Source: an uncultured Desulfobacterales bacterium
Lineage (GTDB): Bacteria > Desulfobacterota > Dissulfuribacteria > Dissulfuribacterales > QOAL01
Assembly: GCA_964573615.1 (NCBI GenBank)
Contig: CAZNKD010000065.1
Span: 5,843 to 69,842, forward strand
Direction of reading: 5' to 3'
Length of the DNA stretch: 64,000 nucleotides
A program made the position numbers and the translations under genes. Of this stretch, positions 19,379 to 28,298 are shown in pieces. Position 1 is the stretch's first letter, and every line of letters begins with the position of its first letter. The notes under the pieces were generated by a model, which saw only the letters and a list, made by a program, of their open reading frames with translations, was not told where the DNA came from and searched no databases.

Positions 19379-21622
19379 ATGAAAACCCGCTATCCCACAC
19401 ATATAATCATTGCGGCCCTTGCCGTGTCGGCCCTGTTCCTTGCGTATACAGGCCAACCATACGGGAAGGCCCTGGCAGCACCTGCTGCCAACAAGCAGGA
19501 AGGAAGTGGTACAAAAAGCGGGGCCACCCTGCCTCCAGATGAGCTTGCATGGCTCAGCCTCAAGCCGGAACTCGAGGCATTCTGGCGCAACATGGAGGTG
19601 GAGCCCTACTCCACAGGCCAACACGTCTGGGGCCTCATCTACATGCTCAAGGACTTCATCAAGCGCTATCCGGACTCATCCAGGATCCCAGAGGCCTATT
19701 TCATCCTGGGTGAGGCTTACGGGGCTGCTGGTTACTGGCCAGAGGCCCTGGCCCACTGGAAGATAGTGACCAGGTATTTTCCAGACTCCCAGTGGACCAA
19801 CGATGCCCTGAATTCAATAGTCTCATATCTGGCAGTCCATGGAAATCAAAAGAAAATCAATGACTTTTATATGGAAGTAATGCGTCAGTTTCCTGACACC
19901 ATTGCAGCAAAGATCGTAAAGTGCCTCCTGGCCAAACAGGCCCTTATGGAGGGCAAGGAGGATCTGGCCAACAAGGCCATAGCCGAGATCGAGGCCGCCA
20001 ATCCCAATGCCGCAGCCCTGATGCCGGAGATCCTGGATCTGAAGGCCCGCCTGGCCCTAAGGCATGGCGACGCGAAAGGGGCGATATCCTACTGGCTCCA
20101 CTATCTGAACCTGATAAAGTCCCGCCAGGCCAGGGCCAAGACCCTCTTCACGATAGCAGAGACCTACAGGGAGATGGGACGAAAGCTTGAGGCCAGAAAA
20201 TACTACTCACTGATAAGGAGAGATTACAGCGGCTTTCCTGAGGCGCTATTTGCCAGATTTCGCATGCTCCAGATGGATGAGGAGGCAGCGAAGAAGCTGG
20301 CCCAGGTAACGGGCAAGGTGCCTGGCAGAAAGGATCTCACCAGGGCAGAGCTGCTCCTTGAAAAGATCGTCAAGGAGTTTCCAAGACACCCCCTTACAGA
20401 CGAGGTCATGAAGGAGCTCATCGAGACGGAACTGGAGGCCAAGGACTATCTCGAGGCCCTGATCGAGGCGGATCAGTTCATCAAAAGGAACGATCAGAGC
20501 CCATATCGCAAGCAGATCCTCGATATGGCCCTAACGGCCAGAGACGGCCTCCTCAATACAGACTATCCCGTTCCGTTTCTGGAGCGTGTCGTGAATCAGG
20601 GAAGGAGCTATCTGAGGTTCCCCCCGAGCAACCAGGTCCAGAAATACATCAGACAGGTGACACAGAAGTTCTGGCTCCGCCTAATAGACGGACTCATCGA
20701 TGAAGAGCGACCTGAAGAGGCACTTGCCTGGTACTGGGACTATCTGGATCTCTTCGACGGCAACCATCAGGCACTGAAGGAGGCCCTGCCTGTAGCAAGG
20801 CGTGCGGTCGTGGCCATGGACGAGATGCTCATCTCGAAGGATAGGCCCTTTAAGCTCGTGAGATACTACTATGCGCACAGGAAGGGGATAGACGATCTGA
20901 AGGTGGCCGAACACTACTGGTACCTGGGTAAGGCACTGGAGTCTCTCGGCTTCAGGCGCGCTGCAGCCAGATCATTCTTCAGGGCCTGGCAGCTTGAGCC
21001 CCCTGTTCAGGTCAGATGCCAGCTACTGCTGGACTGGGCGGCCACAACCCTCGAGATCGCAGATCCGGAGGAGGTCCAGAGCATCATAAGTCTCATGGAT
21101 GCCACCTGTCCCCAGGCGGCCATGGCCCCAGAGGCCATGCTCATCAAGGCCAAGGCGGCCATGGCCCAGCACGACTGGCAGGCGGCCTACAACATGGCAT
21201 CGAGCAGCCTGGAGATGGAAGAGAGCCTGGATGCGGCCCTGATGGCCATAGAGTCCCTTCTCAAGCTGGGGCAGTGGCAGCAGGCAAGGCTCCTGTTCAG
21301 ACGCCACAGCCCCCTCTTTTCGAATGAGCAGAGGCTCTCCATCCTGAGGAGCTGGGGGGATCAGGCCCTCATGCTCACGGAGGCGGCCGAGGCCCTGCGG
21401 GTCTACAAGGAGCTGATCTCCTTGGAGCAGGAGATGGAACAGCAGCCCCCCTCTGCCGATGTCTTCAGGCTGGCCCTGGCCGAGAGGATGCTGAAGGGGC
21501 CCAAGGCCGCAGGCGAGATCTTCCGGCAGCTTTCAAAGGAGGGGGAGAATCCGTGGAAGAATGCAGCCAAGGAGGAGATCCGCCTCGAACAGTTTCTTGC
21601 AAGCATCGAGGGGGTGATATGA
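19379..21622 (+). CDS. Secreted TPR-repeat protein
   Basis: The start is placed at MKTRYPTHIIIAALAVSALFLAYTG (signal peptide), because the longer ORF would overlap the sigma54 promoter. Repeated TPR-like helices run throughout. Confidence 0.7.
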   Translation: MKTRYPTHIIIAALAVSALFLAYTGQPYGKALAAPAANKQEGSGTKSGATLPPDELAWLSLKPELEAFWRNMEVEPYSTGQHVWGLIYMLKDFIKRYPDSSRIPEAYFILGEAYGAAGYWPEALAHWKIVTRYFPDSQWTNDALNSIVSYLAVHGNQKKINDFYMEVMRQFPDTIAAKIVKCLLAKQALMEGKEDLANKAIAEIEAANPNAAALMPEILDLKARLALRHGDAKGAISYWLHYLNLIKSRQARAKTLFTIAETYREMGRKLEARKYYSLIRRDYSGFPEALFARFRMLQMDEEAAKKLAQVTGKVPGRKDLTRAELLLEKIVKEFPRHPLTDEVMKELIETELEAKDYLEALIEADQFIKRNDQSPYRKQILDMALTARDGLLNTDYPVPFLERVVNQGRSYLRFPPSNQVQKYIRQVTQKFWLRLIDGLIDEERPEEALAWYWDYLDLFDGNHQALKEALPVARRAVVAMDEMLISKDRPFKLVRYYYAHRKGIDDLKVAEHYWYLGKALESLGFRRAAARSFFRAWQLEPPVQVRCQLLLDWAATTLEIADPEEVQSIISLMDATCPQAAMAPEAMLIKAKAAMAQHDWQAAYNMASSSLEMEESLDAALMAIESLLKLGQWQQARLLFRRHSPLFSNEQRLSILRSWGDQALMLTEAAEALRVYKELISLEQEMEQQPPSADVFRLALAERMLKGPKAAGEIFRQLSKEGENPWKNAAKEEIRLEQFLASIEGVI

Positions 21623-23196
21623 TCCCTGATCCCATTTGTCAGGAAAGGGGCCATGTGCTCGTTGCCGCAAGCGAGCTGAGACAGAGACTCAACCTCCAGA
21701 AAGAGCTGGAGGAGATGGGCCTTGAGGTGACAGCAGCCCCGGACCTCCACACCGCCCTCCAGATCGCCTCGAAAAACAGCTTCCTCCTCATCCTGATGGT
21801 CCACGATCCCGAGGGCATGGATGGTATAGAGTTTCTGAAGGAGATGAGCGAAACAGGTGGCATCAACCCTCCAGGATCGGTCGTACTCCTCTCTGAGGCG
21901 GCTCACATGGATGATGCAGTACAGGCTCTGGAGCTTGGGGCTGCGGATTTCAGGCTGAGGCCCTGGGAGGGCAAGGTGCTCGAGCTTCTGATCAAACGGG
22001 CCCTTTCAAACAGGCCCGCCCCTGCCCCAAAAAGCGATAAAGGGCAGGAGACAGGCCCGCCCAGGGATACTTCTTCCGACCAGACAGAAAAGCCAGGGCA
22101 GGAAGCCCCCTCTTCCGGGAGGAAGGAAGATGCCAGGGGCCCAAAGGCCATTGGTGAAGGAGTTGATAAAAAGGAGGATGAAGCCCTTGTCAGCCAGGGC
22201 CAGGAGAGCCGCTATCGCATCCTCACCAGGAGCAGCTCCATGGAAGAGGTGCTCAGCAAGGCCCGGATGGTGGCAAGGAGCAAGGCCCCTGTACTCATTC
22301 AGGGAGAAAGCGGCACAGGAAAGGAGCTCCTTGCGCGCTTCATCCACAGGCACAGCGACCGGAGTGCAGGCCCGTTTGTGGCCCTGAACTGCGCCGCCCT
22401 TCCAGAGACCCTTCTTGAAAGCGAGCTGTTTGGCCATGAAAAGGGGGCCTTTTCCGGTGCACTCTCCAGGAAGGCAGGAAAGTTCGAGCTGGCCCATGGT
22501 GGCACGATACTGCTCGATGAGATCACCGAGATGGCCCTTGCCCTTCAGGCCAAGCTCCTTCGGGTACTCCAGGAGGGGGAGGTGGACAGGCTTGGGGGCA
22601 CAGGGCCCATCAAGGTGGATGTCCGGGTGGTGGCCACCACGAACAGGGATGTCCTCAAGGCAGTGCGGGAAGGCAAATTCAGGGAGGATCTCTACTTTCG
22701 GCTGAACGTGATTCCCATGCGTCTTCCGCCACTGAGGGAGCGCAAGGGTGATGCCCTATACCTGGCGCAGGAGTTTCTGAAGGAGTTCTGCACCCTTTAC
22801 GGGAAAAATGGACTGGAATTTGCGTCCGATGTCATCGAGTTCATCGAGAGCTATTCATGGCCCGGCAACGTGCGGGAGCTCAGGAACATGATAGAGCGCG
22901 GGGTGCTGCTTGCCCAGAACAACTCCATAACCAGACAGATCCTGCTCGCGGAGCAGGAGCACGGGGCCGGAGGTGCTGAAAATTTTTCCGCATCGGGCCA
23001 AGCCGGACCAGCAGGAGCTGCCGCCCATGATCGGGAAGAGAGCTTCAATCTGAGTGACATGGAGAGAGAGATGGTGAAAAGGGCCCTTGCAAAGACGCAG
23101 GGCAACAGGACCCATGCAGCGAAACTCCTCGGGATAAGTGTCAGGACCTTGAGGAACAAGCTGTCCGAGTACAGAAAGATGGGTCTGGTGCTCTGA
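21619..23196 (+). CDS. sigma54-dependent transcriptional activator (FleQ/FlrA-like, degenerate receiver)
   Basis: The AAA+ core shows GESGTGKELLARFIH, ESELFGHEKGAFSGA (GAFTGA-type loop) and RVVATTN. A C-terminal Fis-type HTH is present (AAKLLGISVRTLRNKL). The ATG overlaps the upstream stop (ATGA). Confidence 0.9.
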   Translation: MIPDPICQERGHVLVAASELRQRLNLQKELEEMGLEVTAAPDLHTALQIASKNSFLLILMVHDPEGMDGIEFLKEMSETGGINPPGSVVLLSEAAHMDDAVQALELGAADFRLRPWEGKVLELLIKRALSNRPAPAPKSDKGQETGPPRDTSSDQTEKPGQEAPSSGRKEDARGPKAIGEGVDKKEDEALVSQGQESRYRILTRSSSMEEVLSKARMVARSKAPVLIQGESGTGKELLARFIHRHSDRSAGPFVALNCAALPETLLESELFGHEKGAFSGALSRKAGKFELAHGGTILLDEITEMALALQAKLLRVLQEGEVDRLGGTGPIKVDVRVVATTNRDVLKAVREGKFREDLYFRLNVIPMRLPPLRERKGDALYLAQEFLKEFCTLYGKNGLEFASDVIEFIESYSWPGNVRELRNMIERGVLLAQNNSITRQILLAEQEHGAGGAENFSASGQAGPAGAAAHDREESFNLSDMEREMVKRALAKTQGNRTHAAKLLGISVRTLRNKLSEYRKMGLVL

Positions 23197-23226
23197 TCGG
23201 TCCCTGGTATGAGAGGAGGAGAGAGC

Positions 23227-23676
23227 ATGATCAAGAGACTATTCGGATCAACGGTGGAGATCCTGGAAAAGGGCCTCAGTCTTCGGGCCAAGCGTCAGGC
23301 CGTGCTCGCATCAAATGTGGCCAATGCCGATACCCCGGGCTACAAGGCAAAGGATCTCGATTTCAAGAGATTGATGAAGAGATTCATGGAAAAGGAGCTG
23401 CAGATGAATGTGCACGGCAGGGCTGGGCAGAAGGCCGCTTCCGGCAGGCTGGAGCTCGCCGTGACAAACCCTGGCCACATGAGACCAGCCAGGGATGCGG
23501 AGATAGACGCCGGCATCATCGTCTCTGATGAGACAGGCATCCCCAACAACGTGGATCTCGACCTCGAGATGGCAAGACTCTCGGAGAACAGCATCCAGTA
23601 CCAGACGACCCTACAGCTCCTCATCAAGAAGTTTGAGGGTCTCAAAAATGCTGCAACCGAAGGAGGAAGGGCATAA
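23227..23676 (+). CDS. flgB: Flagellar basal-body rod protein FlgB
   Basis: The LASNVANADTPGYKAKDLDF motif is present. The SD GAGGAGGAG precedes the ATG at 23227. Confidence 0.9.
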   Translation: MIKRLFGSTVEILEKGLSLRAKRQAVLASNVANADTPGYKAKDLDFKRLMKRFMEKELQMNVHGRAGQKAASGRLELAVTNPGHMRPARDAEIDAGIIVSDETGIPNNVDLDLEMARLSENSIQYQTTLQLLIKKFEGLKNAATEGGRA

Positions 23677-24126
23677 ATGGACCTCTTCACTGCAATGGAT
23701 ATCAGCGCAAGGGGCATGAGGGCCGAAAGGGTCAGGCTCAACGTGGCCGCCATGAACGTGGCCAATGCCCATGTGACCAGGACACTTGAAGGTGGCCCCT
23801 ACCGGGCAAAGAGCGTGATCTTCGAACAGGAGCCCATTGGACCCAAAGGTAACGGAAGCGGGCGAAACGATTTTGAACAGCGCCTCGAGTCCATACTCTC
23901 CAGCGTGAAGGTGAGCCGGATCGTGGAGGACAAGGAGCCATTCATGGAGGTCTTCGATCCCTCCCATCCCGATGCGGATGAAAACGGGATCGTCCGTCTC
24001 CCCAATGTGAACATAATGGAGCAGATGGTGGACGTCATGTCGGCGACCCGTGCATACGAGGCCAATGTGAGCCTGCTCGAGAGCGCAAAGTCAATGGCCT
24101 TGAAGACCCTGGAGCTTGCAAGGTAG
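23677..24126 (+). CDS. flgC: Flagellar basal-body rod protein FlgC
   Basis: Motifs are MDISARGMRAERVRLNVAAMNVANAHVT and the C-terminal ATRAYEANV. Confidence 0.92.
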   Translation: MDLFTAMDISARGMRAERVRLNVAAMNVANAHVTRTLEGGPYRAKSVIFEQEPIGPKGNGSGRNDFEQRLESILSSVKVSRIVEDKEPFMEVFDPSHPDADENGIVRLPNVNIMEQMVDVMSATRAYEANVSLLESAKSMALKTLELAR

Positions 24127-24172
24127 CTGATTGCCACCGCCCTATACCTGCCAGTGATGCAAGGAGAGAAGC

Positions 24173-24499
24173 ATGAAGATAGACGGTAAGCCCTTACCTT
24201 TCCAGACAACCGAGACAGCAAAAGGGCCGGCCAGCTCCCCGCATGCCCCGGTCGAGGCAGATGGCTCAAAGGAGGAGGCGGCCAGCTTTGAAAAGATGGT
24301 CATAGAGGGCATAGAGGGGGTGAACAGGTCCATGGCCAGGGCCGATGAACTCTCTGCCATGGCTGCTGCCGGCGAGCCGGTCGGAATTGCCGAGACCATG
24401 GTGGCCGTGGCCAAGGCGGACCTGTCCTTTCGACTGCTTCTGCAGGTGCGGAACAAGGCCCTTTCCGCCTATGAAGAGATCATGAGGCTGCAGTTCTGA
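24173..24499 (+). CDS. fliE: Flagellar hook-basal body complex protein FliE
   Basis: 108 aa, positioned between flgC and fliF. The C-terminal FRLLLQVRNKALSAYEEIMRLQF is typical of FliE. Confidence 0.88.
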   Translation: MKIDGKPLPFQTTETAKGPASSPHAPVEADGSKEEAASFEKMVIEGIEGVNRSMARADELSAMAAAGEPVGIAETMVAVAKADLSFRLLLQVRNKALSAYEEIMRLQF

Positions 24500-24564
24500 T
24501 GGCCGGTCATATGTGCACCATGCCTGAAACAATACCCCATCATCAGAGGAGGAACTGAACCGAC

Positions 24565-26169
24565 ATGGCAACGGCTTCCGAATATGTGGACCAGCTGAAA
24601 CAGCTCTACAGTGACCTGAGCCTGAGGCAGAAGCTCATTGCTGCCGGTGTGACAGTGGCAGTGCTCGCGGGCTTTGCCCTCCTGTTCATCCTCATCAACA
24701 GACCGAGCTACCGGACCCTCTACACCGAGCTCGACCAGAAGGATGCCGCTGACATCGTCCAGTTTCTCAAGCAGGAGAAGATCCCCTACAGGTTGAAAAA
24801 CGGCGGCACCACCATCCAGGTACCCGACGACAAGGTCTATGACGTGAGGCTGGCACTGGCGAGCCAGGGTATCCCACATGGCACCAGTGTCGGTTTCGAG
24901 ATATTCGACAAGTCCAACCTCGGGACCACGGACTTCGTCCAGAAGGTGAACTACCAGAGGGCGCTCCAGGGAGAGCTTGAAAAGACCATATCGCGCTTTC
25001 CAGAGGTAAAGGGCGTCCGTGTCCATATCGCAAAGCCCAAGGAGTCCCTCTTTGCAGTGGACAAGGAGAAGCCCACTGCATCCGTGGTCCTGGAGATGAA
25101 GCCCGGCCGCGAGCTGTCAAAGACTCAGATAAAGGGGATCGTCCACCTGGTTGCCTGTGCTGTGCCGCGACTCAGCAAGGAGAATGTCTCCGTGGTGGAT
25201 ACGGCAGGAAACGTCCTCTATGAATACAGGGAACCCGTTGGTGACTCGTCGGCCGAGCAGACCAGGCTGAGGCTTGCATACCAGAAGAGGCTTGAGGCCT
25301 ACTACCGCCACAAGATCCAGTCCATGCTGGAAGACGCCCTTGGGACCAACAAGGCCGTGGTGAGGGTGGCAGCCGAGATCGATTTCGACAAGGTTCTCAC
25401 CAAGGAGGACCGCTTCGATCCCGATGCAGTGGCAGTGAGGAGTGAGCAGAAGAACCTGGAACTCGTGAGGCCCGATCAGGCAGGAGGCATCCCCGGAGTC
25501 AAGGGGGGGCTTTCGGGAAAGCTCATGGGCAATACTGCTGGTGCGGGTTCCGAGGACTATCTGACCAAGAAGGAAGAGAGCACCAAGAACTATGAGATAA
25601 CCAGGCTGCAACGCCAGATCGAGGGCTCCATAGGCACCATAAAACGGCTCTCTGTGGGGGTGCTGGTAGACGGAAGATATGAGGAGAAGGATGGGAAAGA
25701 GGTATATGTGCCCAGGAGCGAGGAGGAGATCGACAACCTCACCCAGATAGTGAAGGTGGCCATGGGATATAGCGACGAACGCGGAGATGATGTGAGCGTG
25801 GTGAACCTGCCGTTTTCCCAGAAGGCCCCGGAAAAGGGCGTTGTGGAAAGGGCAGGCGAGATCTTCTCCAAGTTCATAAAGCCGGTGGCCAATCTGATAC
25901 TCGCCCTGATATTCATCTTTGCCATCTTGAAGCCCCTGCTCGATCGCTTCGTGCTCAGGCCCCCTGAAGAGGCCGGCATGATCACAGGCGAGGAGGAGCT
26001 TGCCCTCGAAGGGGCAGGGGCCGCACCGGGGGAGCTGCCGCCTGCATTCGAGCCTGCACCCGATGCCAAGGGTGAGCTGAGAGAGCTTGCCAGCAACTAT
26101 CCTGAGCGGGCAGCGGCCCTCATAAAGATATGGCTCAGGGAAAAGATGGAAGAAGAGGAAGGGAAGTAA
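24565..26169 (+). CDS. fliF: Flagellar M-ring protein FliF
   Basis: 534 aa. It has an N-terminal TM followed by the YRTLYTELDQKDAADIVQFLK block, and a second TM near the C-terminus. Confidence 0.93.
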   Translation: MATASEYVDQLKQLYSDLSLRQKLIAAGVTVAVLAGFALLFILINRPSYRTLYTELDQKDAADIVQFLKQEKIPYRLKNGGTTIQVPDDKVYDVRLALASQGIPHGTSVGFEIFDKSNLGTTDFVQKVNYQRALQGELEKTISRFPEVKGVRVHIAKPKESLFAVDKEKPTASVVLEMKPGRELSKTQIKGIVHLVACAVPRLSKENVSVVDTAGNVLYEYREPVGDSSAEQTRLRLAYQKRLEAYYRHKIQSMLEDALGTNKAVVRVAAEIDFDKVLTKEDRFDPDAVAVRSEQKNLELVRPDQAGGIPGVKGGLSGKLMGNTAGAGSEDYLTKKEESTKNYEITRLQRQIEGSIGTIKRLSVGVLVDGRYEEKDGKEVYVPRSEEEIDNLTQIVKVAMGYSDERGDDVSVVNLPFSQKAPEKGVVERAGEIFSKFIKPVANLILALIFIFAILKPLLDRFVLRPPEEAGMITGEEELALEGAGAAPGELPPAFEPAPDAKGELRELASNYPERAAALIKIWLREKMEEEEGK

Positions 26170-26181
26170 AAGACTAGAGAT

Positions 26182-27213
26182 ATGGGCGCAATAATTGATC
26201 CAGCGATACTGGTCGACCCCAAGGGCCCCATAAAGGCGGCAGTCTTTCTGCTGGCCATGGGCGAGGGATTTACGGCAGAGGTGTTCAAGCACCTGAAGGA
26301 GGAAGAGGTCCGGAAGGTCTCGGCCCTAATGGCGCAGATACAGAACATCCCCGGAGAGGCCATCCAGAAGGTCCTGGACGAGGTGAGAGAGAAGATGGCA
26401 GTGGTGCAGGGTGAGGTCTCTGTGCCAGTGGAGGACTTCCTCAAGAAGGTGCTCTTCTCCTCCATGCCTGAAGACCAGGCCCAGCAGATCTATGAGGAGA
26501 TCCTGCGCCAGCTCCATCCCTCCACATTCCAGAAGCTTTCAAGCCTTGAGCCCAAGGTGATCGTAAACTTCCTCGTAAATGAACACCCTCAGACCATTGC
26601 GGTGATACTGGCCCACCTGGAGCCTGAGCTGGCCGCCCAGATCCTGGAGCAGCTGCCTGAAAAGCTCCAGTCCGACGTGATGCTCCGCATAGCCAACCTG
26701 GAGAAGATAAGCCCCGATATCGTGGCCGAGATCGACCGAGTCCTCGAAGAGGAGCTCTTTGCAGTGGAGATGAGTGATGCCACCAAGGTGGGCGGCGCAG
26801 AGAAGGTGGCCGAGATCCTGAACAGTGTGGAGCGCAGCCTGGAAGATACCCTCATGGAGACCATAGAAGAGGCCTCGGAAGAGCTGGCAGAGGAGATCAG
26901 AAAGCTCATGTTCAAGTTCGAGGACCTCCTGGAGGTGGACGACTCTGCCATCGTGGCCATCTTGAAGGAGATCAGCACCGATGAGCTCAAGCTGGCCCTG
27001 AAGGCCGCTTCCGACGAGCTCAAGGAGAAATTCTTTGGAAACATGTCCGAGCGTGCGGGCATGATGCTCAAGGAAGACCTCGAGACCATGGGGCCTGTAA
27101 AACTCAAGGACGTGGAGCAGGCCCAGCAGGCCATAATCAGGGTTGCCAAGCGTCTTGAGGCAGAAGGAAAGATCGTCCTTGGAGGAAAGGGCGGAGACGA
27201 GGTCCTGGTGTGA
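26182..27213 (+). CDS. fliG: Flagellar motor switch protein FliG
   Basis: 343 aa with KAAVFLLAMGEGFTAEVFKHL, EHPQTIAVILAHL and MFKFEDL blocks. Confidence 0.93.
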   Translation: MGAIIDPAILVDPKGPIKAAVFLLAMGEGFTAEVFKHLKEEEVRKVSALMAQIQNIPGEAIQKVLDEVREKMAVVQGEVSVPVEDFLKKVLFSSMPEDQAQQIYEEILRQLHPSTFQKLSSLEPKVIVNFLVNEHPQTIAVILAHLEPELAAQILEQLPEKLQSDVMLRIANLEKISPDIVAEIDRVLEEELFAVEMSDATKVGGAEKVAEILNSVERSLEDTLMETIEEASEELAEEIRKLMFKFEDLLEVDDSAIVAILKEISTDELKLALKAASDELKEKFFGNMSERAGMMLKEDLETMGPVKLKDVEQAQQAIIRVAKRLEAEGKIVLGGKGGDEVLV

Positions 27214-27236
27214 TCCGGGAGAAGGCTTAAAGGAAC

Positions 27237-28298
27237 ATGGCCCGAATAATCAAACAGGGAAAGTGCACTTATGCCCGGATCGAGCCGCCCCAGACCTCGC
27301 CAGAGGCCGGCAGGGATGGCAGAACGGCAGTCGGATCCCACAAAGGGGACGAAGAGACAAAGAGGCCGCTTTCATTCAACTCCCTCAAACAGCTCTTTCC
27401 AAAGGATGAGCATAAAGAGACCGAACAAGACCGTGAGCAAAGCGAGCAGGGCCTAAATGGATCTACCGGCCAGGACAGACGCGATGATGCCTCCCTGGAG
27501 ATAGAGAGACTGAAGGCAGAGGCCCAGCAGATAAAAAAGAGGGCGGAAAAAGAGGCAGAGGGGATCATAGACAGCGCCAAAAAAAGGGCGGAAGAGATCG
27601 AAAGCCAGGCCTATAGCGCCGGTTATGAACAGGGCCAGAAGGATGGGCTCGAGATAGGCAGGCAGCAGTACCAGATCAAGGTGCAGCACCTGGAGTCGGT
27701 CATAAACCAGCTCCAGGAGGAGTCCATGACACTGGCCTCCAAATATGAGGCTCAGCTCTTAAGTGTCGCCATCGCTGTTGCCAGACAGGTTGTAGGAAAG
27801 GAGCTTCGTGAAAACGGCCAGGCCGTCCTGGAGGCGATCAGGTCGGCACTTGCAAACGTGGTGGAGGGCAGCTCCATAGCGATCCATCTCCATCCAAGAG
27901 ATTTCGAGTCGGTAAACATGGATCTGGACAGCCTGTTTTCAAGGCCAGGGGCCAACAGGATAGAGCTGAAACCGGATCAGGCGGTTGACAGGGGCGGATG
28001 CCTGATCCAGACCGATTTCGGCCTGATAGATGCCACCGTGGAGTCACGCTGGGATGCAGTGATGCATGAGATAGATACGGTCCTGAAGGAGAGGACCGGC
28101 CTTGGCCTCTCCCCCTCCCTGAAGGCCCCGCCATCATCCCAGCCATCCACGATATCCCCGTCAGCCCCGATATCAATGGATGGCCAAGAGCCCGATCCAG
28201 CAGAGGGCACTCATACTCCCACTGATGCCCCTACTGATGCTCTCACTGATGCTCCCACTGTTACCCCCATGGACGAGGATTCAGGAGATCAGAAGTGA
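27237..28298 (+). CDS. fliH: Flagellar assembly protein FliH (long form)
   Basis: It lies between fliG and fliI. It has a charged coiled-coil region, the FliH-type C-domain (GGCLIQTDFGLIDATVESRWDAV), and a low-complexity Thr/Asp/Ala/Pro tail. Confidence 0.8.
   Translation: MARIIKQGKCTYARIEPPQTSPEAGRDGRTAVGSHKGDEETKRPLSFNSLKQLFPKDEHKETEQDREQSEQGLNGSTGQDRRDDASLEIERLKAEAQQIKKRAEKEAEGIIDSAKKRAEEIESQAYSAGYEQGQKDGLEIGRQQYQIKVQHLESVINQLQEESMTLASKYEAQLLSVAIAVARQVVGKELRENGQAVLEAIRSALANVVEGSSIAIHLHPRDFESVNMDLDSLFSRPGANRIELKPDQAVDRGGCLIQTDFGLIDATVESRWDAVMHEIDTVLKERTGLGLSPSLKAPPSSQPSTISPSAPISMDGQEPDPAEGTHTPTDAPTDALTDAPTVTPMDEDSGDQK

Noticed and set aside
25117-26292. 391-aa ORF on the minus strand
   Set aside because: It lies antisense to fliF/fliG, and it shows no motif. 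The same reasoning applies to the other long antisense ORFs: 17574..18542, 28289..29332, 44062..44970, 39434..40297, 40708..41697 and 1706..2707.
28215-28265. 12-nt periodic repeat (ACTGATGCYCC) encoding TDAP/TDAL/TDAP at the FliH C-terminus
   Set aside because: It is a low-complexity tail inside a CDS. Its resemblance to the CTGATG repeat at 19075 is limited to 6 nt and is probably coincidental.
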